Origin: Octopus vulgaris
Lineage: Eukaryota
Assembly (NCBI GenBank): GCA_951406725.2
Contig: OX597835.1
Coordinates: 41,230,001 to 41,294,000 of the forward strand
Direction of reading: 5' to 3'
Length of the DNA: 64,000 nucleotides
The notes below the pieces were generated by a model that saw nothing but the letters and a program-made list of their open reading frames with translations, was not told the DNA's origin and ran no database searches. This document shows positions 1 through 11,045 of the stretch, one piece after another; the stretch's first letter is position 1; each line of letters opens with the position of its first letter. Both the position numbers and the translations under genes were made by a program.

Positions 1-163
1 ATTCCTTTCAACACACAGCTATGATGCTCCCCCACTACTTCTGCTTGTGATCAGAGATGCACATATCAGCCACTAAGGGACACGGTCAACTGGTTATGGT
101 CAAACAACTGACAAGCAAATCTGTGGTATTGAGCAGAATATTTGCTGTAGCCCATCTTTTATA
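1..163 (-). repeat. Truncated copy of a non-coding interspersed repeat abutting a (TAT)n tract (same family as 20609-21065)
   Basis: Highly similar to ~20906-21065 (attcctttcaacaca..gctatgatgctcccccactacttctgc..tttgctgtagccca); both copies run into (TAT)n at the same family position. Confidence 0.8.
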
Positions 164-164
164 C

Positions 165-227
<63 letters not shown>

Positions 228-259
228 CATCATCGTCATCATTATAAAGGTAGCAGTGC

Positions 260-800
260 ATTGACAGAATTGTTACCCTGCTGGACAAAATATTTAATAG
301 TATTTCTTCTGGCTTAATGTTTTGAGTTCAAATATGATGGAAGTCAGTTTTGCTTTTTGGGGTCAATAAAATAAGTACCATTTGAGCACTGGGGTTGATA
401 TAATCAATTAGACCCCTTTCCTCCAAAGCTTCAGGTCTTATGCTTATAGCAGAAAGAACCTTATTATCGTTGTTGTTATGCTGGCAAGATGGCAGAATAA
501 TTTGTAGACCAGGAAAAATGCTTAGCAGTGTTTTTCTTGTTTTCTGGTTGTGAGTTCAAGTTCTGCCAATGTCAGCTTTGCCTTTCGTCCTTTTGGGGTT
601 GAAAAAATAAGTACCTGTTGAACACTGGGGTTGCTGTAATCGAATGACCCCTTCCCTGAAACTGCTGGTCTTGTGCCAAAATTTGGTGGTGAGCTGGTAG
701 AATTGTTTGAATGTCAGAAAAAACACTTTGAGGTATTCATTCCAATATTTTATGCTCTGAGTTCAAATACTATTGAGGTTAACTTTGCTCATTTATTGAC
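260..800 (+). mobile_element. Cluster of old, CpG-decayed tRNA-derived SINE family A copies
   Basis: Three degenerate copies of gagttcaaa..ctttgcctttc..ccttttggggt.ga.aaaataagtacc..cactggggttga. Confidence 0.7.
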
Positions 801-1286
801 CTTTCAGGGGCATTTCTGGCTTTGTAGCTAACATCTAAGCACAATATTCTGTAGTTCAATTTTCATCTTAATTAAATTATTTTTCCACGATTTTTAATTT
901 TTCTCCATCTTCTTCACAACTTCTCAACATTTACTTCAAGTTCTTTTTTTGATGTTTCCTGGTTCCTTCAAAGTTTTTTCTATTAGTTTCCCTTTCTTCT
1001 TTACAACATATTTTTGCAGACTTACAATCGATATTTTGTCCTAGTATTCTTGTTGCAGAAGGTTTCTTTACTTCCTCTATTCATGGTAAATATTATATTT
1101 CGATATAGGATATTGGTCAGTGTATTCAAAATACAGTCATTGTGTTTTCCTGTGTTGGCTTACTAATTCACTTAGAATCCAGTTGATAATGTAATATATA
1201 TATGTAATATAATAGAGTAATATAGTAATGATAATATATATACAAATACATATATATTATATATTATCTCTCTCTCTCTCTCTCTC

Positions 1287-1348
<62 letters not shown>

Positions 1349-1349
<1 letters not shown>

Positions 1350-1862
1350 CTACAAAATTAGAGAATGGAGAAACATACTTAAATCAATAAAACATCAACT
1401 ATCAGATGATACCCAATAAATACTTTAATACACCATTACATATCAGTAAAGGCATTATACAAAATATACAGTAAAAGTAAATAGACAAAGAGATATAAGT
1501 ATAAAATTTCAAATACATATTATATTTGAAATTTTATACTTATATCTCTTTCTCTATTTACTTTTACTGTATATTTTGTATAATGCCTTTACTGATATGT
1601 AATGGTGTATTAAAGTATTGATTGGGTATCATCTGATAGTTGATGTTTTATTGATTTAAGTATGTTTCTCCATTCTCTAATTTTGTAGTATTAATTTACG
1701 GTAATATTATTACCTTTACCCATATAATACAATAGATGAACTGATTGTTTGGCAATTTTTAACATCTATGTATTAGTCTTGTTGGGTACCTATCTAGCAG
1801 TATATTGGATATATATTATCCCATGGTGGGTTGAATTTTCAACCCCTATCTCATTTTATAAT
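1349..1862. mobile_element. (TA)n-flanked element with a 167-bp near-perfect inverted duplication (Penelope-like inverted pLTR architecture)
   Basis: Arms 1349-1515 and 1523-1689 are reverse complements with about 2 mismatches; unique extension to ~1862; (TA)n on both sides. Confidence 0.6.
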
Positions 1863-2047
1863 ATATATATATATATATATAAATATGTGTGTATATGTGT
1901 GTATGTATATATATGTATGTATATATGTATTCATATATATATATATATAACGGGAAGCTTTATGAAAATAAACAAAAGACGAAGGCAGGTGGAAAACAAA
2001 CGAACAATTGTATTAGTATGGCGCTCAGGAAATATAAATAAAACAAG

Positions 2048-2085
2048 TCTTTAACGTTTCGAGCCTACGCTCTTCAACAGAAAGA
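2048..2085 (-). ncRNA. Minimal type I hammerhead ribozyme-like motif (A6U variant)
   Basis: Minus strand: UCUUU CUGUUGA A GAGC guag GCUC GAAA CG UU AAAGA; stems I and II pair; short palindromic stem III. Confidence 0.6.
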
Positions 2086-2528
2086 TACACAGAGAGAGAA
2101 AAACACAGAAAGAAGGAGAGAAAAAAATGCGTGCAGTATGAAATGAATGTAAAAAAAGTGGTAATATAAGAGAAAATAAAAATACAACAAACGGGACAGT
2201 TTATGCGAACAAGTTCAAGGTTGAAAGTTCAAGGTGAGAAATGTGTAGACGTCGTGGTATATTTTTTAAGGATTTCACATCAATGCAAAGTCACTTTGAT
2301 CCGCGAAAGAGAGGTGCAGCCAATGGTAAGTATCCAAGAGGTAAAGAAAATCCAAGGTAGAGGTAAGTGTTGATAGTGGTATTGGTAGAATATAGGATGA
2401 AAGTGAGACCACGTGAGCGCGTAATATATAACGGGAAGCTTTATGAAAATAAACAAAAGACGAAGGCAGGTGGAAAACAAACGAACAATTGTATTAGTAT
2501 GGCGCTCAGGAAATATAAATAAAACAAG

Positions 2529-2566
2529 TCTTTAACGTTTCGAGCCTACGCTCTTCAACAGAAAGA
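2529..2566 (-). ncRNA. Second tandem copy of the minimal hammerhead-like motif
   Basis: Identical to 2048-2085, offset by 481 bp. Confidence 0.6.
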
Positions 2567-2918
2567 TACACAGAGAGAGAAAAACACAGAAAGAAGGAGA
2601 GAAAAAAATGCGTGCAGTATGAAATGAATGTAAAAAAAGTGGTAATATAAGAGAAAATAAAAATACAACAAACGGGACAGTTTATGCGAACAAGTTCAAG
2701 GTTGAAAGTTCAAGGTGAGAAATGTGTAGACGTCGTGGTATATTTTTTAAGGATTTCACATCAATGCAAAGTCACTTTGATATATATATATATATATATA
2801 TATGTATGCATATGTATATATGTGTATGTATGAATATGTGTATATCTATCTGTCTGTCTGTCTGTCAGTCTCTCTTTCTCCCGCCCCCTCTCTCTATTAT
2901 ATACATATATACATATAC

Positions 2919-2952
<34 letters not shown>

Positions 2953-3341
2953 TGATAAAAATGGTAGTTACTCTTAGCCCTGTTTTTTCTTGTGCTTGTG
3001 CGTATATAGACGTGTATATGAACCTTTATGGTGCGCGCGTGTGTGTGTGGGTTTGTAAGTATATACATATACATTTGGTGAATGATGAGAGTGAGGATGT
3101 GTACATTTCAAGTGAGGGTGGATGAATGTATTTTTTTAGGCGCACGCATGTGGGTGTGCGGGTGCACATGTGTAGGTATGAACATGTGCGCTTACGCAAA
3201 TACTATGAACTTTTTTACCTGCTTACTTTTACTCTCTTCCCTTACTTAGGGGTCATCCTAATAGCTCTTTTGTCTTAATAACGGTCAATCACACAGTAAT
3301 TTCTCTTTGTATAATGGTCATTTTTCATAGCATTTTTCTGA

Positions 3342-3415
3342 TGGCCGGATAACTGAAGAGATGGCAGGCGTGGATTTCCACCTCGGTATCTGAAACTCGG
3401 AGTTTTATCATGGCT
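3342..3415 (+). ncRNA. Type I hammerhead ribozyme motif in a Penelope-like terminal repeat (~2955-3440)
   Basis: GAUAA CUGAAGA [GAU..GUGGA uu UCCAC..AUC] u GAAA CUC g GAG UU UUAUC; stem I GAUAA/UUAUC with GCC/GGC extension; cleavage triplet GUU. Confidence 0.7.
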
Positions 3416-3460
3416 ACCGAATAATAGTCACATATTACATTTACAGATATATATATATAT

Positions 3461-3710
3461 GCCAGTGGCACGTAAAAAGGACCAACCGATTGTGGCCGTT
3501 GCCCGCCTCGCCTGGCACCTGTGCCGGTGGCACATAAAAAGCAGCCACTACACTCACAGTGTGGTTGGCGTTAGGAAGGGCATCCAACTGTAGAAACACT
3601 GCCGGATCAGACTGGGCCTGGTGCAGCCTCCTGGCTTCCCAAACCCTGGTCGAAATGTCCAACCCATGCTAGCATGGAAAACGGACGTTAAACGATGATG
3701 ATGATGATGA

Positions 3711-3712
<2 letters not shown>
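3461..3712 (+). mobile_element. SINE family C (RTE-type tail, (GAT)n end)
   Basis: ggttggcgttaggaagggcatcc..ccaacccatgctagcatggaaa..ggacgttaaacgatgatgat; other copies at 5480-5628, 39960-40298, 47165-47555, 54770-55062, 57183-57420. Confidence 0.8.
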
Positions 3713-3746
<34 letters not shown>

Positions 3747-3761
3747 GTTTATATATTTGTT

Positions 3762-4355
3762 GTGCAAAATTTTTTTGTGAAGGCCAACTTTTGGTATGGT
3801 AGCCATAAATACCAGAGTGTCATGTTCGTTGACACCACCCCTGGAGGTGAACTGGCGTACCGCTTTAGAAGGACCCTAGACAAACTTAAGCTAAGGATTA
3901 AGGTTGTTGAAAAACCAGGCAACCCTATCAGATCTATAATTGGTAGAACCTATCCTTTTAGTAGAACCCTCTGTACGGATAACTATTGCACTGTATGTAG
4001 ATTTAGCCCACAAACAAACGGTAAAGCCAGAAATGTGGTCTATAGTATAAGATGTATAGAGGGACGATGCAGTAACAAGACAGTAACATACGTAGGGGAA
4101 ACGGCAAGAAGCATAGGAGAGCGGGTAAGTGAACATTGGAGAGAACTCAAGGAAGGTAAAAGCTCATCGATTCTGTACCAACACGCCGAACAGAAACACG
4201 GGGGATCAATCAACAACATAGAAATTAAAATATTGTCCACACATAGAACAGATGCAACAATCAGACAAATTACAGAAGCTACACACATAATAGAAAATAA
4301 AACTAGCCTGAATAGGAAACTAGAATGGAACACTAGCACACACCACAACATATGA
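3762..4355 (+). mobile_element. 5'-truncated Penelope-like retroelement ORF: RT thumb/linker with CxxxxCxxC plus C-terminal GIY-YIG endonuclease (Naiad-like)
   Basis: VMFVDTTPGGELA, IKVVEKPG, CTDNYCTVC, NVVYSIRC..YVGETARSIGERVSEH, HAEQKH, RQITEA, LNRKLEW; the frame is uninterrupted. Confidence 0.85.
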
Positions 4356-4738
4356 CGATAGAGGATCGTGAAAACATAATAAATACACAGATAAATAAAC
4401 AAATAGAAATAAATATCTATATAAGTTTTTTTTAATTTTTTTATTATTATTACTAGTATTGTTGTTATACATACATACATACAAGCATATGTAATGATAA
4501 TAATAAGTGGATGTAAACACATGAACAAAATAAGAATAAACAACAACAACAAAAACAAATTACATGAGCGCATATAAACAGAAGATACAAATATTACAGG
4601 CATCCCCCACACACAGACTAAATAAACATAGACGCACATAGAGATATAAGCATGCGCAAATGAAGACACGTACAATAGAAATACAAAATGGCTGACGGTT
4701 AGTAAGGAGAGACACAAATAAGAAAGAAGAAAACAAAA

Positions 4739-4782
4739 GACCACTGATGCGGTCACAGGAGTGTGACGAAAGAACTCTGGCC
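4739..4782 (+). ncRNA. Hammerhead-like motif in the 3' pLTR of the Penelope-like element (A9C variant, CUC cleavage triplet)
   Basis: GACCA CUGAUGC G GUCACA ggag UGUGAC GAAA G aa C UC UGGCC; ~385 bp downstream of the GIY-YIG stop, same strand. Confidence 0.65.
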
Positions 4783-4901
4783 GAAATAAGATTAAGATTA
4801 ATATAAAAAATAAATAACACTGAAGCAAAATAACACCAAATATATAGTGCGTGTGTTTTTATTGGCTAAACTGGCATAATGACCATTCCGAAATATAAAC
4901 G

Positions 4902-4969
<68 letters not shown>

Positions 4970-5447
4970 CCCAATCCATGCCAACATAGAAAGTGGATGT
5001 TAAATGATGATTACATACATACATACATTTATACATACATACATACATACATACATACATACATACATACATACATACATACATACATACATACGTGTAT
5101 GAATGAATGAGTGAGTGAATAACTTGTATAACTGATTACTGATGACTGGTACAGTGAGAATATATTGTATAATTCTAACTACCTTGAAAACAACAAAGCA
5201 GATTTTTGCTCTATTCCTGTCTTTTAGCTATCTATTTCTTTACTACCCACAAGGGGCTAAACACAGAGAGGACAAACAAGGACAGACAAACGGATTAAGT
5301 CGATTATATCGACCCCAGTGTGTAACTGGTACTTATGTAATCGATAAGTCACTTAGTTATCTGGCATTAGTTTTCCCAATTACTTAATATTTAACATTTA
5401 ACTCTTCTAAGTTTTAATTTACTGTAAGATTCCCTCCAAACACGGCA

Positions 5448-5628
5448 GAGTTTCTACAGCTGGATGCCCTTCCTAACTCTCGGAGTGGTTGGCATTAGGA
5501 AGGGCATCCAGCTGTAGAAACTCACCCAGATCAAGATTGAAGCCTGGTGCAGCCATCTGGTTTGCCAGTCCTCAGTCAAATCGTCCAACCCATGCTAGCT
5601 TGGAAAACGGACGTTAAACGATGATGAT
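5448..5628 (+). mobile_element. SINE family C copy with a 5' inverted segment
   Basis: 5448-5476 is the exact reverse complement of 5495-5523. Confidence 0.75.
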
Positions 5629-5891
5629 GTGTGTTTTAGAATCTGCTTAGTTTATTAATCTTTAAACATTTGTAACTCCCTGTTTATACGAGTTCTCTTA
5701 TCCCTACTGCTTTGGCTTATGTAATAAATATGATATTAGTGATGTTTATTAATGAATAAACTCTCATCAGGATGAGAACCCTCACCACATCAGAGGTGAA
5801 AGCACATGTCCTGGTGGTTAGGATGTTTAGCTTATGATCATAAATTCATAGGTTTTATTCATGGACAGATGGAGGGAGAGATAGATAGATA

Positions 5892-5971
<80 letters not shown>

Positions 5972-6086
5972 TAAAACAATAAATAGATATATAGAGAGAT
6001 GGATAGACAGCCAAGTATTGACAGGTATGAGGAAGCAAGTTTGTGAGTTAACAAGACAAACGGACAGACAGACGGACAGACTGACG

Positions 6087-6128
<42 letters not shown>

Positions 6129-6240
6129 TACTGTATGTTCCATAAGTATGCTGAGTTTTTCTCATATAAAAAACATTGTTTAAAAATCTGCTTTACACAT
6201 GGAACCTTGAATATTTAGATAAGCTAGATTGTTAGACCAC

Positions 6241-6304
<64 letters not shown>

Positions 6305-7795
6305 CTATATGACATTAGCTAAGTTACATATGAGATCAATGGAAAGATGTGTTGCACATTTGCCTAACCCACGGGTTCCCTGCTTTATTTTGTTTGGGGA
6401 CCCCCTTGAGATTTATCTTATCATCTGTGGACCCCATATATGCACATGTAAATTTTTGAAATAAAATATTTGTTTGTAGGTTAGTAAAAACAAACAATGA
6501 GACAACTTCATTATATTCATAACAGAAATTCCAAATACAAATCTTGAAACTTTCAATAAATACAGGTGTACCTCTCCTAGTAAGCAAAATTTATATATGG
6601 ACCCACAAATTACAATTTTTTACTCATGGAACCATTTAAAGCTTCTGTAGACCCCTGGGGGTCCATGTGGACCCTGGTTGGGAACCCCTGGTCTAACCCA
6701 TACTGTATGTTGGTGTTGTTGTTGTTGGTGGTGGTGTATTGGGGTGGCAGGGTGGTGGTGGTGGTGGTGATGATGAAATGATGATGATTGTTTTTAAATT
6801 TTACTAAAAACAAAACGGGGTTGACTTTAGTTCCAACCTGATATATATATATATATATATATGTGTGTTTATGAAGCTTTTTATCAGTTTCTGTCTAGTA
6901 AATCCACTCACAAGACTTTTGTTAGCCTGGGGTTATAGTAGAAGACACTTTTCAAAGGTAGCATGCAATGGGACTGAACCTAAAACCATGTGGTTGAGTA
7001 GTGAACTTCTTACCCACACAACCATACCTGCATCTTTACATATATATAAAAATGCTATGGGCCTTCAGCTCCTCGATGGAATCATAGGGGTGCTACCATG
7101 TTATACAGTTTGTCTTAGGTATTTAAAATGTAGTGGAGCTCATCCATTTCCAGATTTGACCCCCCCAGTAGATTTCTTCCTGAAAGAGGAGAAAGAGAGA
7201 GAGAGAAACAGAAAGGAAGAATAAGAGAAAAAAGAATCAACCCCAGTGTAACACTGGTACTTTATTTAAGAATCTTGAAAGGATGAAAGGCAAAGTTGAC
7301 TATGGTAGGATTTGAAGAATGCAAAGAGGCAGAACAATTACTGCAAAGCAAAACAATCTACTCATCATCTCTACATCTTGCCACCTCATCACCATCATCC
7401 TTTTCTCCTTTTTCCAATTAGAACAGCCATTTACAAGGGGGCGCTGAGAAGTTCCTGGCTTTGGGGTAAAAGAAAATAGAGGAGGATCAGTTAATTATGA
7501 TTTTATTTAACATATTCCCTTCTCAGATTCACACTTATTGCAGGAGTCCTTCAGTTTTTCTAAGAGACCAATAGAATAAGTACTAAGCTTACAAAGAATA
7601 AGTCTTGTGGTCCATTTCTTCATCTAAAACCCTTTACAGTGGTGCTCCAGCATGGCTGCAGCCAAATGACTGAAACAAGTAGAAGAATATGTATGTATAA
7701 GCACAGGGGAGGTTGTGTGGTAAGTAGCTTGCTTACCAACAACATGATTCTGGGTTCAGTCCCACTACGTGGCACCTTGGGCAAGTATCTTTTAT

Positions 7796-8058
7796 GGATC
7801 TTTACCTTTTGACCGACATAGTTGTTGTTAACAAACAATGGCAGTAATTTTATTCAGCTGAATACATGTCATTGATTGGTTGAAATTACCAAAATACTAC
7901 AACTTTAACGTGAAATAACTTCGTAAATATAAGCTTTTCACAAAAATGCTAAGAGTAAAAGATGTTTTATATGACACATTCTACCAGCGTTCGAAGTTTG
8001 AAAGTGTTTAGTTACAAAAAATTATTTTTTAAATCTGTCGGTCAAAAGGTAAAGATCC
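7796..8058. mobile_element. MITE with GG termini and an 8-bp TSD (Merlin-like, superfamily uncertain)
   Basis: TIR ggatctttaccttttgaccgaca / tgtcggtcaaaaggtaaagatcc; flanks tcttttat / tcttctac duplicate SINE sequence. Confidence 0.75.
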
Positions 8059-8232
8059 TCTTCTACTATAACCATGGGCTGACCAAAGTCTTGTGAGTGG
8101 ATTTGGTAGAAAAGAAGCCTGCTCGAAATACGAGACTAGAAAAACAGCCAACAACTGATGAAGGGTCGTTGTTCGAAAGAATAGTTCATGTTGTATACGT
8201 TTTGTGACGTCCTGTGCCCACATATGCACATA

Positions 8233-8281
<49 letters not shown>

Positions 8282-8673
8282 GGAGATGTACTCGCATAGC
8301 AAGTGATTTGATCTGAGATCGTGTGCTGAAACGAAAACAATTGCAGCGTGGAAGGTGTTTGTAAGCCATTTAAGAAACACACAAAAGCCATTCGATTCAC
8401 TTCAACATTTAAGTTTAATTTGTCAAAATATTTTCGTCGCTAAAATCCGTGCCCTGTTCACTGACAAAAATCAGATGCAGCACGGATTTTTGTCAGCGAA
8501 CAGGGCACGGATTTTAGCGACGAAAATATTTTGACAAATTAAACTTAAATGTTGAAGTGAATCGAACGGCTTTTGTGTGTTTCTTAAATGGCTTACAAAC
8601 ACCTTCCACGCTGCAATTGTTTTCGTTTCAGCACACGATCTCAGATCAAATCACTTGCTATGCGAGTACATCT

Positions 8674-8675
<2 letters not shown>
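8282..8675. mobile_element. 394-bp palindrome (191-bp arms) inside (TA)n; each arm has a G3:C8 hammerhead-like motif
   Basis: Arms 8282-8472 and 8485-8675 are near-identical reverse complements with a 12-nt spacer. Confidence 0.8.
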
Positions 8676-8734
<59 letters not shown>

Positions 8735-10044
8735 TACATATATATATATATATGTACATACATACACATATAGATGTATGTACATATACGTATGTATATA
8801 TGCATATATATATGTGTGTGTGTTTATGTTTGTGTGTCTGTGTTTGTCTACCCAACATCGCTTGACAACCGATGTTAGTGTGTTTACGTCCCCGTAACTT
8901 AGCAGTTCGGCAAAAAGAGACCGATAGTATAAGTACTAGGCTTACAAAGAATAAGTCCTGGGACCGATCTGTTCGACTAAAGGCGGTGCTCCAGCATGGC
9001 CGCAGTCGAATGACTGAAACAATTAATAATAATAATAATAATAATAATAAAGACTAAATGAGTATGTATGTATGAGAAGCTAGTAATCACCAATGAACGT
9101 TTTAATAATGTTTAAGAGTTGTTTTGTTTATCAGTTTCTGGGTGGGGTATATCTGCAAAAACGGCCCTTTTGGACATTCTAGCCCCCCTCCCCTCCCAAA
9201 AAGCAGCGGTAGACCTTAATTGCCAGTAGAGTGCGGAGGAAGGTAGGGGGGGGTAGTATGTGAATGGGGGCAAGTTAGGATTCTCTCTAAGACATTCCAT
9301 TCTCCTCTCATCAGAATCCACCCTTTCCATCTCTGTCAGCCATTCCATTGGTGGGGGGTGGGAGTGGACGTCGAGGAATTGGTTTGATGAAGAAAAGATG
9401 ACGATTTGTGCAGACAGGAAGATGGATAGTGTCGTTGACATTGTTGATATTGTTGATGTTGTTATTGTTGTTATTTAATTCCAGGCAAATTCTATTTGGG
9501 ACATTTTCTAAATGTGCTGTTTACATGTTTAAGACAGAAGAATGCGATAATTTGCTGGAGATTTTGCTGTTATTTCTAGCAAGTGAATCAACCACAGTGG
9601 ATTAACGGGAATCATTAGGGAGTCGGTCGAAAATACCCTCCGTATTTAATCATCGATCTTTGCCTCGTGAGTTCGAATCTCGTCGAAGGCAATTTTGTCT
9701 TTCATCATTTTTGAAGTCGATAAAATAAACTAGCCGCCAAGTACTGGGTCAATTTAATATTCCTATAAAGCATCCTCGGTGTGAATGGATTTATAACAGA
9801 GGACGGAGACTGTGTAAAGATACCCTCGTTGAGTTCTGTGAATTGGGCTTGCAGACCAAGCAGGCCGGTACAGAGGCTGTGGGGTAGATAATGCAAAAAG
9901 TAAATAAAAAGCAACTAAATAGGAAAAAAAAAAAAAGGAAATAAAGAGATACTTAAAGAGATAAAATTAAAGAGGAAGAGAAAAAGAAATTTTGAAGTGG
10001 TGTTGAAAGAGTGGAGGTTGGATCGGCTGCGAACGAAGTTTAGA

Positions 10045-10079
<35 letters not shown>

Positions 10080-10587
10080 GGAAGCGAAAAGGAATTTTAA
10101 AAAGTTTCTGATAACGGAAGAAAGGAAGTTTTGAGAAACTAGATTCTGATGGAAACTTGAGAAGGAAGATGGGAAACGAAGAAATGGTAGAAAAAAAAAT
10201 TAAATATAGGAAAAGAAAATTGGTGGAAAGAGAGAAGAATGAAAAAAGACGATGGGAAAAAGGAGGAGAGGTCGTGGAAGATGAGAGAAGAAAGAAAGAA
10301 TGGGAGAAAGGAAAAGATGAGAAGATGGAAACAGAATAAGAAAGGAGATGCAGAAGAAGAAGAAGAAGGGAAGATGATGGAATCAGAAAAAAAGGAAGAG
10401 ACAGGAAATTAGAAGAGGTACCAGACAATGTTGTGGGTGGATGGGAGTGGAGATTTGCATATAAGCTGGGTATGTGAGTTCTAAGAGTGAAACCAGGTAG
10501 AAACGGTCGAATGGTTTTAAGAAAGTTGAAAAATGTGTTGGTTGGCTTGTAAGGAAAGCATTAACAGAATTATATTGACATACGCGT

Positions 10588-10589
<2 letters not shown>

Positions 10590-10619
<30 letters not shown>

Positions 10620-10643
10620 GATAGATAGATAGATAGATGGATG

Positions 10644-10686
<43 letters not shown>

Positions 10687-10735
10687 GTATATATTGATAT
10701 ATAGACAGATAGATGGATGGATAGACAGATAGATG

Positions 10736-10769
<34 letters not shown>

Positions 10770-11045
10770 AAGATAGATAGATAGATAGGTAGATAGATAG
10801 ATGTATATATTGATAGATAGACAGATAGATGGATGGATAGAAAGATAGACAGATAGATGGATAGATAGATAGATAGATAGATAGATAGAAAAATAGATAG
10901 TCAGGAAGATAGATAGATAGATAAATAGAGAGAGAGTGAGAGAGAAAGCAAGAAATAGAAAGAGAGAAAGAAAGGAAGAAAGAAAGAAAGAGAGAAAGAA
11001 AGGAAGGAAGAAAGAAAGAGAGAGAGAAAGAAAAGGAAATAAAAG
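10590..11045. repeat. Compound (GT)n/(GATA)n/purine-rich microsatellite
   Basis: Directly visible. Confidence 0.9.

Larger units (their letters stand above)
1945..2781 (-). mobile_element. Partial tandem (481-bp unit, ~1.7 copies) non-autonomous Penelope-like/retrozyme-like element with two hammerhead motifs
   Basis: cgggaagctttatg starts at 1951 and 2432 (period 481) and the copies look identical; (TA)n on both sides; shares sequence with 15935-16110 and 41025-41222. Confidence 0.75.
7700..9020 (+). mobile_element. SINE family B (tRNA head, internal (TA)n/(TG)n) split by three nested insertions
   Basis: Head 7700-7795 resumes at 8059; tail at ~8815-9020; matches the intact copy at 22660-23068. 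Confidence 0.75.

Noticed and set aside
4353-4400. Selenocysteine read-through of the PLE UGA stop
   Set aside because: UAG follows two codons later, the UGA is not at a conserved Cys position, and no convincing SECIS is visible
4040-4828. 262-aa hydrophobic ORF
   Set aside because: Antisense shadow of the PLE ORF and its A-rich 3' region
5742-5780. CUGAUGA on the minus strand followed by a hairpin
   Set aside because: No GAAA after the stem, so it is not a hammerhead
9112-9441. 109-aa ORF in unique sequence
   Set aside because: Non-ATG start, no recognisable domain and no clear splice signals
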